From the IMG/VR virus record IMGVR_UViG_3300017432_000006, positions 1 to 64,000 of that record: a stretch of DNA of 64,000 nt. One strand, 5' to 3'. Position 1 is the stretch's first letter. Every line of letters begins with the position of its first letter. Made by a program: the position numbers and the translations under genes. This document shows, in pieces, positions 9,508-19,410 of the stretch. Source of the DNA: a virus (taxonomy: Duplodnaviria; Caudoviricetes). The notes below the pieces were generated by a model that was given only the letters and a program-made list of their open reading frames with translations, was not told where the DNA came from and made no database searches.

Positions 9508-12500
9508 TTAATCACTCTCTTTCTTCCTGTCTTCTTGTCCTTCTCATCAATAGCACTCCACACGGCTCTCTTGATATCAATTGTATCATTAACCTTGTCA
9601 TTGAAGTTAAGGTTGAACGTGTAGTTATTGTTCATGTTGCCGCTTTGTAGTTCTCCAATACCTTCCTTCAACCCGCGTGACAGTGGTGCAGTAAGAACAG
9701 TTTCGTTCTTGTGCAAGTTGGCTAGTGTGTTGTCGTACTTGATATCTCCACCCACACGTAGACCAGGAATGTGCTTGTTCGGGTTAACCCATTCTGGTAG
9801 ACCCAACTGGTAGTGAAGGTGGTTACCTGTAGATGAACCAGTCGTACCTACGTAACCAATTCTCTGCCCGCCGGTTACCTGCTGACCTGCTGTAACAAGA
9901 GGACGTGAATTCATGTGGGCATAACCAGTCTTTACGTTGTTACCGTGATCGATAAGTACGTAGTTACCGTAAGAACCGGCCCAACCAGCCTGTGCTACTC
10001 TACCTGGCTTGGATGCGTAGATTGGCTTTCCACCGTTAGCAGAGAAGTCCATACCGTTGTGCAGTTTCATTCTTCCTGTGATCGGGTGCTGACGCATACC
10101 GAATGGAGATGACAACTTCTTGTAGTTACTTCTACCACCAAGAGGGTGATTCCAACCACCGGCGGCTACGGTAGACTGTGCTCCGGTACCCGTCTCAGGT
10201 AAAATCGACAACTTGGAACCATTCAAAATAGCAACGGCTTCATCTTCCCACTTAGCATAAGCGTTAGGGAAGCCTGATCTTTGTACGGCCTGGGCAGCGT
10301 CCGTCAAGGCCATTGAGTTGCGCCCCTTAACCTTTAGCAGACCCTCGAAGAACTTACCCGCTGAGTACTCGGGGTCCATGATTTGTTCGATTGTTCCCCA
10401 GCCCTGTGATGTACGCTGCTGGAACAGACCAACTGAGTCACGGTCACCGTAGTTCAAGTTATTAAGACCTGACTCCTGCATGGCAGTCATAAGACCAATG
10501 ATGAGGTCTCTCTCGCTAGCACCCATACTACGACCGACGTTCATGATTGTTGCGGCGTTCTGTAGTTGCGTTGCACTAAAGTTGGTACCACCGTACTTAC
10601 CTGCGGCAGCCGCTGAGTAACCAGAATCCATTGCGCTCATCGTACCGACGATTTGTGCAATTCTACCTGCTGCTGATGCAAACACACTTCGGGCTACAGA
10701 CTTGGCAATTGAGTTGCCAATGGCAGCGGCGATAAAACCTGCTCCCATTCCACCCATGTCAGGTCCACCCATAGCATCAGAGCCAGAAAGGTCCATTGGC
10801 TGTCCGCCGTTGTTGATAGCATTTAGCAAACCTCTGTTCTTACGGCTAGCCCTTGAGTTAATGACGTATTCGTCCTTCTTGATGACCGCCATTGTCTCTG
10901 ATGGGTACAATGATGAACTGCGAGGGACGCCGGTACGATCCTTTTGACTGAATCCCGGGCTTCCTCCGATGTGGTAAGCATGAAGTCCACCCTCTCGGTT
11001 ACCAGCAGCACTGGCATCCTTGTAAGCCTTAAGCACGGCTGTTACAGTCGAGTCAACTCCCTTATTGGTACCACCTGGGAAGTTACCTGTCTTCAACCAT
11101 TCAACCAACTGGTCACCAGAAAGGTTGTAGGCGCTACCCATCTCGGTTGCAATGTCTTGACCGATCTTCTTCCAGTCGATTTCATCTTGTAGTGCCGCAG
11201 CAGCAGTCGCTACGTTGGTCTCAAGAGCAGTACCGACATAAGCACCCCACGCATCACCCTGCAACTTAAGACCGTTTCCGTATCTCTCGTATGCTTCCTG
11301 TACCTTAACAATGTGATCGGCAAGTTCCTCGCGGGTACGTGGTGTAGCAGCCTTAAGTGTTTCTAGTTGTGCTGCAAGCATTCTTGAGTTGTTATCGAAC
11401 TCAGCCTGCTTTGACTTAACGCTAGCATCAAGGTCAGCCTTCAACTTGTCTTGGTTGTTCTGGTGAGACAGAGCATTGTTCTGCTTCTGGTTCTCCAAAG
11501 CCTTGAGATTACTGTCCTGACGTGACTTAAGTGCCTTTGCGTCTCCCTGCTGACGATCCTTGAGTCTAGTTGCCTCAAGTTCCTGCTGCTTCTTGAGGTT
11601 AGCCATAGCGGCTTCCTGCTCAAGATTAAGGTTCTTGATACGGGCTTCCTTCTCAGCCTCCATCGTCTTGATGCGGATATCTCTTTGCTCTTCCGCCAAC
11701 TTGGTAGCGGCAGACTTCTGGTCTTCAAGTTTCTTGACCTCACCGGTCATCTTCTCTCTTAGAGCAGTTGAGGCATCACCAGATACAGCCGCCTGGTCGT
11801 CAATACTCCATTGCTGCTGAGTTGCGGCGGCATCGTTTTGAATCTTAGCGGCTTCATCCAGGTTACCCCCGGCCAGTGCTGCATTAAAATCGACAGTCTG
11901 GTTGAACATTGCGGCAAGACGCTCGATACGACGACGCTCTGCCTCAAAGATTTCCTGACGACGATCCTCCGCACGCTCTTCGGCTTCGATAGAATCCTGA
12001 ATCTTCTTAATTCGTGCATCGTAGGCTGCCTCTTGTGCTTCGATCTGACGGTTGAGTGTGTCTGTTGTCTTCTCAATAGCAGCATCGTACTTGGCTTCCT
12101 CGTTCTCGATGCGAGTTTCCCAGGCAGTCTCAGCGTTATCGGCATTGCGCTGCCACAGTTCGTTGAAACGCTTTGTCTCGGCTTCCTGACGTGTGTTAAG
12201 TGCTTCGTCTTCGGCAGCATGAGTGTCCTGAATTGCGTCGCGCTTTGCGTCGTAACGGTCAGCGTCAGCATCAGCACGAGCCTTCATCTTGTCTAGTTCG
12301 GCCTCACCGTTTGCACGCATGGCGTCCAGTTGAGCAGTGTTACTTTGTTGTAGTAGCCTGTCAGCCTCTTCGTAAATGCTGCTCATGGTGCCAGACATTG
12401 CAGACTTGAGCGTGTTCGTCAAATCGTCGGCTGTCATAGCCACTTCTTCCATAGCCTCAGCCTGGTCTTCTAGTTCCTGGGTAGCCCCGCCGGTAGCGGT

Positions 12501-15500
12501 GCTGAACCCCTGCTGTAGACTTGTTGCTTGTCCTAGACCAGCAAGCATACGGAAGTTGTTAAGAATTTGCAGTTTCTCAGCCGCGTCCATCTTCTGATAC
12601 TCTTCGTTATTCTTACGAAGGTGAGTGTTGTAGCGAGCGCGTGCTTCGCCCAGGCTGACGATTGGTGCTACGCCGATAGCCTTGAGTACTTGGTTAAGGT
12701 TCTCGTACTCGTCCGCACTTTCCTTGGTCTTGTCATTACCAAGGGCGATGGTTCTAATGATTTCCTTTTGTACGTCATCGAACTGTAGCACTTCGTCACC
12801 CGCGCCTTCGTAGACACGACGTAGGTCATCGATATTGGCAACTCCTTCAAGTTGCGCACTTGTGCTGTTCTTGACCTTGTTCATCTGCTCTGTCAAGTCC
12901 TGAACGCTGTTGATACCTAGAGCCTTGAACTCTTCCGAGTACTGCTTTTGTAGTCTGTCGAACATCGGCTGGCTCTGTGTCGCAACGCTTTCGACAAGTA
13001 CTGTCGCGGCCTTGCTTCTCTCAATATCTGTAGCAGCAGCACCGAAGGCTTGGTTGAACATCGTTCCAACCTTACCGCCCTCTTCCTTGGCATCGTTAGA
13101 CGCTTGGCTGTCGCCGCCAAACATTCTTTCCATCCAACCCTTGTTGTCAACCTTTTCCATTCCGGTACGAAGAGCCTCAGCCATCTGCTCCCCGCGCGCT
13201 TCAAGTACGGCGTCTTCTGACTCAAAGTTGATTCTTGCGGTAACGTCGAGAACCATGTTGTCCAGGGTGTCACCTGTAAAACCGGCGGCGTACAGTGCTG
13301 TGCGTACGGCGTTTGAAGCGTCGCTTGCGCTACCACCTGCGGCCAGGGTTGCTAGGGCAAACTGAATTGCTAGGTTAGTCTGCTCTAGTTCGCCATTAGC
13401 GGCCTTGATGGAATCGTACCAAGCCTTAGTCTCATCGTTGGTTTCCTGCATAGCCTTAACTCTTTGTTCGTCAAGTGATACGCTGTTGACCGGCTTACCC
13501 TCTTCGTCTACCTGAGCAGGGTTATAAGTGAATTCGAGTACCTGAGAGATACCCTCGCCTGCGTTGCCCATGAGTTCGGCATTCTTACGACCTTCGTTGA
13601 GGTTGTTGTCAATAGCCTTTGTCGCAGCAACGATTGCCGTGAAGATACCAACGGCAATACCAAGTGGTCCTAGTAGACGGCCTACACTTAGTAGTAGTCC
13701 ACCTGCTCCTCTTGCTGCACCTCCTACGACATTCTTCAAAGCCCCGGCGCTTCTGACGTTTGCAAGCATTGCCTTACCACTAGCCAGGCTGCTTAGTGCG
13801 AACAACTTGGCTCCGGCACCAGCGGCCTTGATAACAAGTACTAGTTTTGCCCAGGCAGCGTTAGGTACGAGCGCACCAAGTAGACCAACAGTCATGAGAA
13901 TGTTGGTCACATTGTCGAATGTCTCGCTCGATGAACCGCTCATCGTATTGAATGCAAGCGCAACTAGTCCTGCGTTTGCCACGATACCAGGAAGTGCTCT
14001 GGCGATCTTGCCTGTAGCACCTGCTGTTTCAGCCGCGCCTTCTGCGGCTTGCTGGTTGACAACTGCGTGTCGTCCCTGCATGTAGTTACCGGTCAGCGGT
14101 GTGTTCGCCTCTGGCACAGAACCTGGAATTGGTGCGATGTGTCTACCGTTTGGTAGTCCACCCATCTGACGAGAAAGCAAACCTAGTGTTACGGCTAGTC
14201 TTTCAGCAGAAGTCGTTTCTCCGTCGAAAGCGGCCTTTGCTCTCAACGCGGCAATTTCTGCTGCACGCTGCTCGGGGGTCAGCACCTTGAATCTCAAAGC
14301 CAGTTGTGCAAGACCGGTTCCTGCCTTGATGACAGAACCAGTAAGGTTAGCGACTACACCAACGAGCATCAGCACGACACCGGCTAGTGCTGCACCACCG
14401 GCAGCAACAAGGGCAAACGTCTTAACGCCTTCTGGTAATGCGTTGAATGAGTCTACCAGTCCACTGATGAAGTTGACGATTGGCACGACTGCTCTCAGGA
14501 CCGGCTCTCCTAGTTGTGCTAGGTTAGCGTAAAGTGTCTGCACAGCGATCTGGAACTGACCAGAAAGGCTGTCTTGGATAGCCTGGATTTCTGTGTCGGC
14601 TGTTTGTGCCCACTCAGTAGTTGATTGCTTTGCTACGTCCATGGCGCGGGCTGTCTGTGAGGTCTGGTCTCCAACCCCGGCCATAGCATCACCAATACCA
14701 CCAAGGGCAGCGTTTAGTCGGTTGAACTGATAAGTACCGAACAGTCTGGCGATTGCCTGCTGACGCTGTAGTGGATCAAGGTCCTTCATCTCCGTAGAAA
14801 GTCTTTGGAGAACCTTGAACAAGTTACCGCCCTCGTCCTCAACGATCTTCACCACGTCGATCTTGTACTTATCGAACTCAGCGATAGCAGCGCGGGTAGG
14901 GTTAAGGATTCTTGTTGTAGCAGACTTTAGAGCGTTAGCACCTTCGGCAGCGTCAACACCCTTTTCTCTCATCGCTACGAGTAGGACGGTCATTTCTTCA
15001 ACTGTTACTCCAAGACCCGCCAGCGCGCTTGCAGCACGCGGGGTGGCAGCGGCAATGTCCTGAATGCTCAGTGACGTTGCGTTTTCTACCGAGTTCATAA
15101 AGTTGAACTTCTCGGTCATCTGATCAGCAGAAAGCCCGAATGCGTTTTGCAAGGCAATAGCAGTTTGTAGGGCGTCGTTACGATCAAGTTCACCAAGAGT
15201 AGCAATACGTGTTACTTCCGCAGTTGTCTTGATAAGGTCTTGTCCAGTAAGACCGGTCTGCGCTAGGTCAGCCTGCGTCTCTAGGGTATCCTTGATGCTG
15301 GCACCGTACTCCTTAGCCATGACCGTTGCATTACGTGTAGAGTCCTCACGCAACTGGTTAAGTTCCTTGGTCTTGGCGATCTGAGCGTCAGCCTGTGTCA
15401 TGTAGTCGTAATTAGCAGTGTCGTAAACCTTCTGGATACGAGTCATCTGCTTGTCTACCTGATATGCTGCGGCTGCCGCTCCGACTCCGAGCATAGCAAT

Positions 15501-16088
15501 AGGCATACCCACACCAACGGTGATCTGACGACCGGCCCATTGTGTGTTCTTACCCCAATTGACTGTCTGGTGTGCTACTGAGGAAAGTAGTTGGTTGTAG
15601 TAACCAAGTTCCTGACGCATCCCGCGTAGGTTCTCGATATTACCGGCGGGGACGAGCAAGTCCATTCTAGACTTACCTGTTGTCTGGTTAGAGAAGGATG
15701 AACCAAGAGCGTTCTGTAGTGCTACCTGCTCCTTCATAGAAGCAACTAGTAGTTTACGCTGTCCCCAGGCTTCACGTAGGCCAACCTTCTGCTTGGCAAG
15801 GGCATTGTTGAATGCCTCGGTACCAGAAACAACCTTCATCTCCGCTACCTGATATACACCACTTGCCTGAGCAGCGAGGTTGAATGCCTTACGTCTTTCC
15901 TGTAGTTCCTTGATAGCCTGAGCATATTGACCGGTAGGCAGCATCGTGCCGTCGGCAAGGATATCGTTGCGTGCCGCTCTCTTGGCGATATCGTCAAGTT
16001 GAGCAAACTGTGCTTGCAGTCTCTTGATCCCCGCGCTTACGTCACGGAAATCAGAGGTTCCGGTAAACCTTACGCCTACGTTCTCTAT
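9504..16088 (-). CDS. Tape measure protein with C-terminal lysozyme-like and M23 peptidase domains; probable ATA start at 16088
   Basis: >2100 aa, Ala-rich and helical. Phage_TMP-like segment (NAVENATS..IQDIAAA.PRAA), MQESGL..LNYGDRDSVGLFQQR, HNGMDF...HLHY. The frame stays open 48 codons upstream of the track ATG (15944), up to an in-frame TGA. Confidence 0.92.
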   Translation of the reverse strand: MENVGVRFTGTSDFRDVSAGIKRLQAQFAQLDDIAKRAARNDILADGTMLPTGQYAQAIKELQERRKAFNLAAQASGVYQVAEMKVVSGTEAFNNALAKQKVGLREAWGQRKLLVASMKEQVALQNALGSSFSNQTTGKSRMDLLVPAGNIENLRGMRQELGYYNQLLSSVAHQTVNWGKNTQWAGRQITVGVGMPIAMLGVGAAAAAYQVDKQMTRIQKVYDTANYDYMTQADAQIAKTKELNQLREDSTRNATVMAKEYGASIKDTLETQADLAQTGLTGQDLIKTTAEVTRIATLGELDRNDALQTAIALQNAFGLSADQMTEKFNFMNSVENATSLSIQDIAAATPRAASALAGLGVTVEEMTVLLVAMREKGVDAAEGANALKSATTRILNPTRAAIAEFDKYKIDVVKIVEDEGGNLFKVLQRLSTEMKDLDPLQRQQAIARLFGTYQFNRLNAALGGIGDAMAGVGDQTSQTARAMDVAKQSTTEWAQTADTEIQAIQDSLSGQFQIAVQTLYANLAQLGEPVLRAVVPIVNFISGLVDSFNALPEGVKTFALVAAGGAALAGVVLMLVGVVANLTGSVIKAGTGLAQLALRFKVLTPEQRAAEIAALRAKAAFDGETTSAERLAVTLGLLSRQMGGLPNGRHIAPIPGSVPEANTPLTGNYMQGRHAVVNQQAAEGAAETAGATGKIARALPGIVANAGLVALAFNTMSGSSSETFDNVTNILMTVGLLGALVPNAAWAKLVLVIKAAGAGAKLFALSSLASGKAMLANVRSAGALKNVVGGAARGAGGLLLSVGRLLGPLGIAVGIFTAIVAATKAIDNNLNEGRKNAELMGNAGEGISQVLEFTYNPAQVDEEGKPVNSVSLDEQRVKAMQETNDETKAWYDSIKAANGELEQTNLAIQFALATLAAGGSASDASNAVRTALYAAGFTGDTLDNMVLDVTARINFESEDAVLEARGEQMAEALRTGMEKVDNKGWMERMFGGDSQASNDAKEEGGKVGTMFNQAFGAAATDIERSKAATVLVESVATQSQPMFDRLQKQYSEEFKALGINSVQDLTEQMNKVKNSTSAQLEGVANIDDLRRVYEGAGDEVLQFDDVQKEIIRTIALGNDKTKESADEYENLNQVLKAIGVAPIVSLGEARARYNTHLRKNNEEYQKMDAAEKLQILNNFRMLAGLGQATSLQQGFSTATGGATQELEDQAEAMEEVAMTADDLTNTLKSAMSGTMSSIYEEADRLLQQSNTAQLDAMRANGEAELDKMKARADADADRYDAKRDAIQDTHAAEDEALNTRQEAETKRFNELWQRNADNAETAWETRIENEEAKYDAAIEKTTDTLNRQIEAQEAAYDARIKKIQDSIEAEERAEDRRQEIFEAERRRIERLAAMFNQTVDFNAALAGGNLDEAAKIQNDAAATQQQWSIDDQAAVSGDASTALREKMTGEVKKLEDQKSAATKLAEEQRDIRIKTMEAEKEARIKNLNLEQEAAMANLKKQQELEATRLKDRQQGDAKALKSRQDSNLKALENQKQNNALSHQNNQDKLKADLDASVKSKQAEFDNNSRMLAAQLETLKAATPRTREELADHIVKVQEAYERYGNGLKLQGDAWGAYVGTALETNVATAAAALQDEIDWKKIGQDIATEMGSAYNLSGDQLVEWLKTGNFPGGTNKGVDSTVTAVLKAYKDASAAGNREGGLHAYHIGGSPGFSQKDRTGVPRSSSLYPSETMAVIKKDEYVINSRASRKNRGLLNAINNGGQPMDLSGSDAMGGPDMGGMGAGFIAAAIGNSIAKSVARSVFASAAGRIAQIVGTMSAMDSGYSAAAAGKYGGTNFSATQLQNAATIMNVGRSMGASERDLIIGLMTAMQESGLNNLNYGDRDSVGLFQQRTSQGWGTIEQIMDPEYSAGKFFEGLLKVKGRNSMALTDAAQAVQRSGFPNAYAKWEDEAVAILNGSKLSILPETGTGAQSTVAAGGWNHPLGGRSNYKKLSSPFGMRQHPITGRMKLHNGMDFSANGGKPIYASKPGRVAQAGWAGSYGNYVLIDHGNNVKTGYAHMNSRPLVTAGQQVTGGQRIGYVGTTGSSTGNHLHYQLGLPEWVNPNKHIPGLRVGGDIKYDNTLANLHKNETVLTAPLSRGLKEGIGELQSGNMNNNYTFNLNFNDKVNDTIDIKRAVWSAIDEKDKKTGRKRVIK

Positions 16089-16107
16089 GTCAGTTCAGTC
16101 CCTTAGT

Positions 16108-16796
16108 TTATTCTTCTACGATTTCAATTCCGATATCAGCGAAGAAGTCTTGTCCTTCTACCTTACCGTTGATCTTTTCAAGTTTGGCTTCTGCTCGCTT
16201 CTTGACCGCCGCGACTCTTGCCTTTTCTTCTTCTGCGCGTAGGTCTACTCCGTGAGCAATCCATGCTTGAGTGTATGTTCTTTCTTTTTCAATTTTTGCT
16301 TGTGCTTCTAGAATCAGTTGTAACTCAAAGATCGAGATTTCTTCTTCTAGTTGTTCGAAGTTTCGCCAGGCTCCGATGAGGTAGGCTGCTCCTTCAAGTT
16401 CTGCGAGGTTTCGGTCCCACTCTCTTGGGTCGCTGTTACTGCCGTCAGAATCCTCGCCATCTCCTCCGGGTCCATCTGCGCTACTGCTTCCTGCATTTTT
16501 TTTAGATCGATCCCCGTGCAGACCGCGAGTACCTTGTAGATCGTCTCTGTATCGAGAACTGCATCAAACTCGTAACCCTCGGGCCAGTCCTTCTTGAGAA
16601 CCTTGAGGCAGTACACGCACAGTTCGTACAACTGCTCTTCTGTGTCATCACCGTCGGTGTCCAGCGTTGAGTTGTCCATAATGTCCAGCATCTTCTTATT
16701 GGCGATGCGGTAGTACTTGATCGGTGTCGGACGGAGGTTGACTACCGTTCCGTCGAATAGTTCAATTGGTTCTACTGTGTATACTGTTGCTGCCAT
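16108..16796 (-). CDS. Tail assembly chaperone, long form (-1 programmed frameshift)
   Basis: CTA AAA AAA ATG (A8 run at 16496-16503). The -1 frame reads ...DPREWDRNLAELEGAAYLIGAWRNFEQLEEE...IEIVEE* to TAA at 16108. Confidence 0.8.
16347..16796 (-). CDS. Tail assembly chaperone, short form
   Basis: 149 aa ORF between the major tail protein and tape measure genes. Confidence 0.8.
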   Translation of the reverse strand: MAATVYTVEPIELFDGTVVNLRPTPIKYYRIANKKMLDIMDNSTLDTDGDDTEEQLYELCVYCLKVLKKDWPEGYEFDAVLDTETIYKVLAVCTGIDLKKMQEAVAQMDPEEMARILTAVTATQESGTETSQNLKEQPTSSEPGETSNN

Positions 16797-16865
16797 GTTT
16801 TTCTCTCTTTCTGTTGTTAGTATATGATAACATTTCTAGTGGAAACTTCAAAGTGTCCTGAGACG

Positions 16866-16906
16866 CAACAAACCGCCCCAGGGACTTCCTGAGGCGGGTG
16901 TTGTTC
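16866..16906 (-). terminator. Intrinsic terminator after major tail gene
   Basis: CCGCC.CAGG / CCTG.GGCGG stem followed by TTTGTTG on the minus strand. Confidence 0.6.
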
Positions 16907-16923
16907 TAACTAAGTGTTGCTGG

Positions 16924-17574
16924 TCAGGCTCCTGTTCCTGAGAACGTTGAGGCTGATGTTACTGCTCTGTCGATAACGCGACCATATGGAGCACCGGATG
17001 CTGCTGCATTTGGAAGAACACGGAAAGAAACAGGAAGACCTGTTACTTCTGTACGACGGAGTGCGTGGCTTGAAGATTCTGTCTGAATCGCACGACGTAG
17101 GTGGTAGACTCTTTCTCTACGACCGGTTACGCGAGGGGCCTTACCCACGAAAAGAATTCCTCTTTCCACAGGGTCGTCACCAAGGGAACCACCAGTCATA
17201 TCAAGAGTTGATACGGCTGTCGCTCCTGATCCAGTTGTAGTAAGTGTACCGTTCTGCTGACCCCAAACAACTACTAGGTTCTCAAGTGTCGCTTCTGCGA
17301 GTGTAGTGTTAACTGTCACTCTCATTGACTGCTTGAACACGCGAGCGGAGTCTAGAAGTTGGTCAACTTCTACGTCACCAAAGTCTGGTTCGTAAGAAAC
17401 TTCAACACCTTCCATTGTGAAACCGACGTTGCGGAAATCTGCGGCTGGGGGTGCTTCGGTAGGTGTTGCCTTGCTCAAAGCGGTGTCCCAGGCTGTACCT
17501 GCTCCACTTTCTGAATCCACAGTAGTTAGCCACACTTGAGCGGCTCCTACGAGAATGTTACGGCTTTCTGCCAT
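16924..17574 (-). CDS. Major tail (tube) protein
   Basis: RNILVGAAQVW...FRNVGFTMEGVEVSYEPDFGDVEVDQLLD...TLAEATLENL, typical of actinophage tail tube proteins. Confidence 0.88.
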   Translation of the reverse strand: MAESRNILVGAAQVWLTTVDSESGAGTAWDTALSKATPTEAPPAADFRNVGFTMEGVEVSYEPDFGDVEVDQLLDSARVFKQSMRVTVNTTLAEATLENLVVVWGQQNGTLTTTGSGATAVSTLDMTGGSLGDDPVERGILFVGKAPRVTGRRERVYHLRRAIQTESSSHALRRTEVTGLPVSFRVLPNAAASGAPYGRVIDRAVTSASTFSGTGA

Positions 17575-17665
17575 TTGATTTGTTCACCATCTTTCCTTTT
17601 CAAAATTTTTGCTGGCTAGGCGGTCTATCTTCTCACTTGCTAGTATAGGTTAGATTTTTTTGAAA

Positions 17666-18121
17666 TCAAAACTCTTTGTAGCCAACTCGAAGAGTTATTG
17701 TTATACTAGCCCTTCCTCCCTGTTCGGAGGCTGGTTCTATACCCGACGCATTGTATATACTAATGTAGTCGTAGTCATAATTCTTGAATCCCGCGACCGG
17801 GCTGGCATCGACAAATCTGTTGACACGGGCTGCCGCTTCGTTGTAGTCCTTGAAGTTCTTGGTCAGAATTTTAGTTACACGTCTGAGCACTTCGTCATCC
17901 TTCGAGAAAATCGTATAGACGATGTTGTCATCACGCTTGAAGTAGTTCTCGGTAATGGTGTTGAGCACCCATGAGTAGATGATGACCGGGCGGGTTTCTG
18001 TACGTACCATTTCTGCCCACTGCTGAGTGGGTGCGATGATTACCGATAGTGGCTCTGCGTCCAGTAGTGACTTAAAATAGTTGTTCACCGGGTCACAGAA
18101 ATTGATGTGATCAGTAGCCAT
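17666..18121 (-). CDS. Tail terminator-like protein
   Basis: Position before the major tail gene; IIYSW...VYTIFS...ITITLRVGY fold pattern. Start moved to MATDHIN (18121) to remove a 115-nt overlap. Confidence 0.65.
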   Translation of the reverse strand: MATDHINFCDPVNNYFKSLLDAEPLSVIIAPTQQWAEMVRTETRPVIIYSWVLNTITENYFKRDDNIVYTIFSKDDEVLRRVTKILTKNFKDYNEAAARVNRFVDASPVAGFKNYDYDYISIYNASGIEPASEQGGRASITITLRVGYKEF

Positions 18122-18944
18122 ACAGTAACATCCTCCTCTTGGCAGCGTCATCGATGAAACGCCCGCGCTTTCTCTCCATGTCAATCTTAGCCTGCTTGCG
18201 TGCTTTTTCAAACTCTTTGCGCGCATTCGATGAACGCCAGAGTGTGAAGTTCTTCTTTGCTGCTTGTGTAGTTGCTCTCTTGATACCGTCTACACTTGCT
18301 ACTTGCTTAGACATTAGGTCGTCTAGACCCTGACGCTTGAACTCCACCGCGCCGCCCGATGCCCACCACATCAAGAATCGTGAAGTGAACTGCTTTTCGC
18401 TCTTACCCTTACCGGCGATGAATCTACTTGGCTTGGTTGTAGCAAAGAACTGTCCGTCTCTGACATAGGCTAGTTGGTCAGTGAGTTGCGGTCTAACAAC
18501 TACTGGCATGGCATATTCGAATACCGGCGCCTTCCATGTGAAGACGTGAACACCCTCGTTGACGTGATACGGTGGGGTAGTCAGGATAGGGTTGACTGGC
18601 ATCGGTACTGTCGATGGTAGGAAGGTGAAACCAGCAATTTTGTTACGCCCGCGCCCGACCAAGGTGTGAACCCACAATCTCGACAGAGGGTCACCGATGG
18701 TGTCTCCTCCACGGAATGTCGATGGGGCTTCGTAGACGTGGTGCAGTTGGCCCTTATTTGTCTTTGCCTCAGCGTCGATTGCCAGGTTGAATGAGTCTGC
18801 CAATCTGGCGTGAATCACGTTTACGGCTGTACCGAGGAACAGGTCAGTCTTGACGCTCTCTTCGATACCCTTGACATAACCAGCGTATGCATAAGACCCG
18901 GCTAACCCGGGTGTGATCTGAAACCCCTTCCTCTTGCTAGCCAC
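18111..18944 (-). CDS. Head-tail joining / tail completion protein
   Basis: 277 aa in the connector cluster; LHHVYE and F.WKA.V.E motifs as seen in this position in large actinophages. Confidence 0.55.
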   Translation of the reverse strand: MASKRKGFQITPGLAGSYAYAGYVKGIEESVKTDLFLGTAVNVIHARLADSFNLAIDAEAKTNKGQLHHVYEAPSTFRGGDTIGDPLSRLWVHTLVGRGRNKIAGFTFLPSTVPMPVNPILTTPPYHVNEGVHVFTWKAPVFEYAMPVVVRPQLTDQLAYVRDGQFFATTKPSRFIAGKGKSEKQFTSRFLMWWASGGAVEFKRQGLDDLMSKQVASVDGIKRATTQAAKKNFTLWRSSNARKEFEKARKQAKIDMERKRGRFIDDAAKRRMLLYGY

Positions 18945-19410
18945 TTTGTACTTCCGATCTTCTAAGCACTACGTATTTTTCTACTACTGCCTTGAACGGG
19001 CCAAGCACAGGTGTTACGCTGACCACTGAGTACACGGTAGCAACATTGTTGCTTTCCTCTTCGACCCATGCGATCTTTCCTGTCGAGTCCTTGATATTGG
19101 TGATTCTGTCATTAGTGTCGATCTTGGTCTCGGGTCCACAACGCATTTCCAAGAACTCATTGATGCTCAGAGCAATGTCTGCTGTTGAGATGTTGTCCTG
19201 AGAAGACTTGTAGGTCGAGCTGCTGAATGTGTTGACAGAGCAGTCGATGATTCTTGATGGCTCCATTGCTGATGTGGTATTGTCTCCATCTGCTGTCCAT
19301 GAGTTAGTAACGGCAAAGGTGACGGGATCGATTACTTGGTGTACCGGCGCTTCCTTCTTTGTCAGTACTGTTGCTTTCATAGAATACTGCGCGCTTGTCA
19401 AACATCTCAT
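18937..19410 (-). CDS. Head closure / stopper-like protein
   Basis: 157 aa; DRITNIKDSTGKIAW..E and terminal LRRSEVQ pattern; connector cluster. Confidence 0.6.
   Translation of the reverse strand: MRCLTSAQYSMKATVLTKKEAPVHQVIDPVTFAVTNSWTADGDNTTSAMEPSRIIDCSVNTFSSSTYKSSQDNISTADIALSINEFLEMRCGPETKIDTNDRITNIKDSTGKIAWVEEESNNVATVYSVVSVTPVLGPFKAVVEKYVVLRRSEVQSG

Noticed and set aside
16024-16242. Plus-strand 72-aa ORF from the track
   Set aside because: Antisense shadow of the tape measure 5' extension and the frameshifted chaperone.
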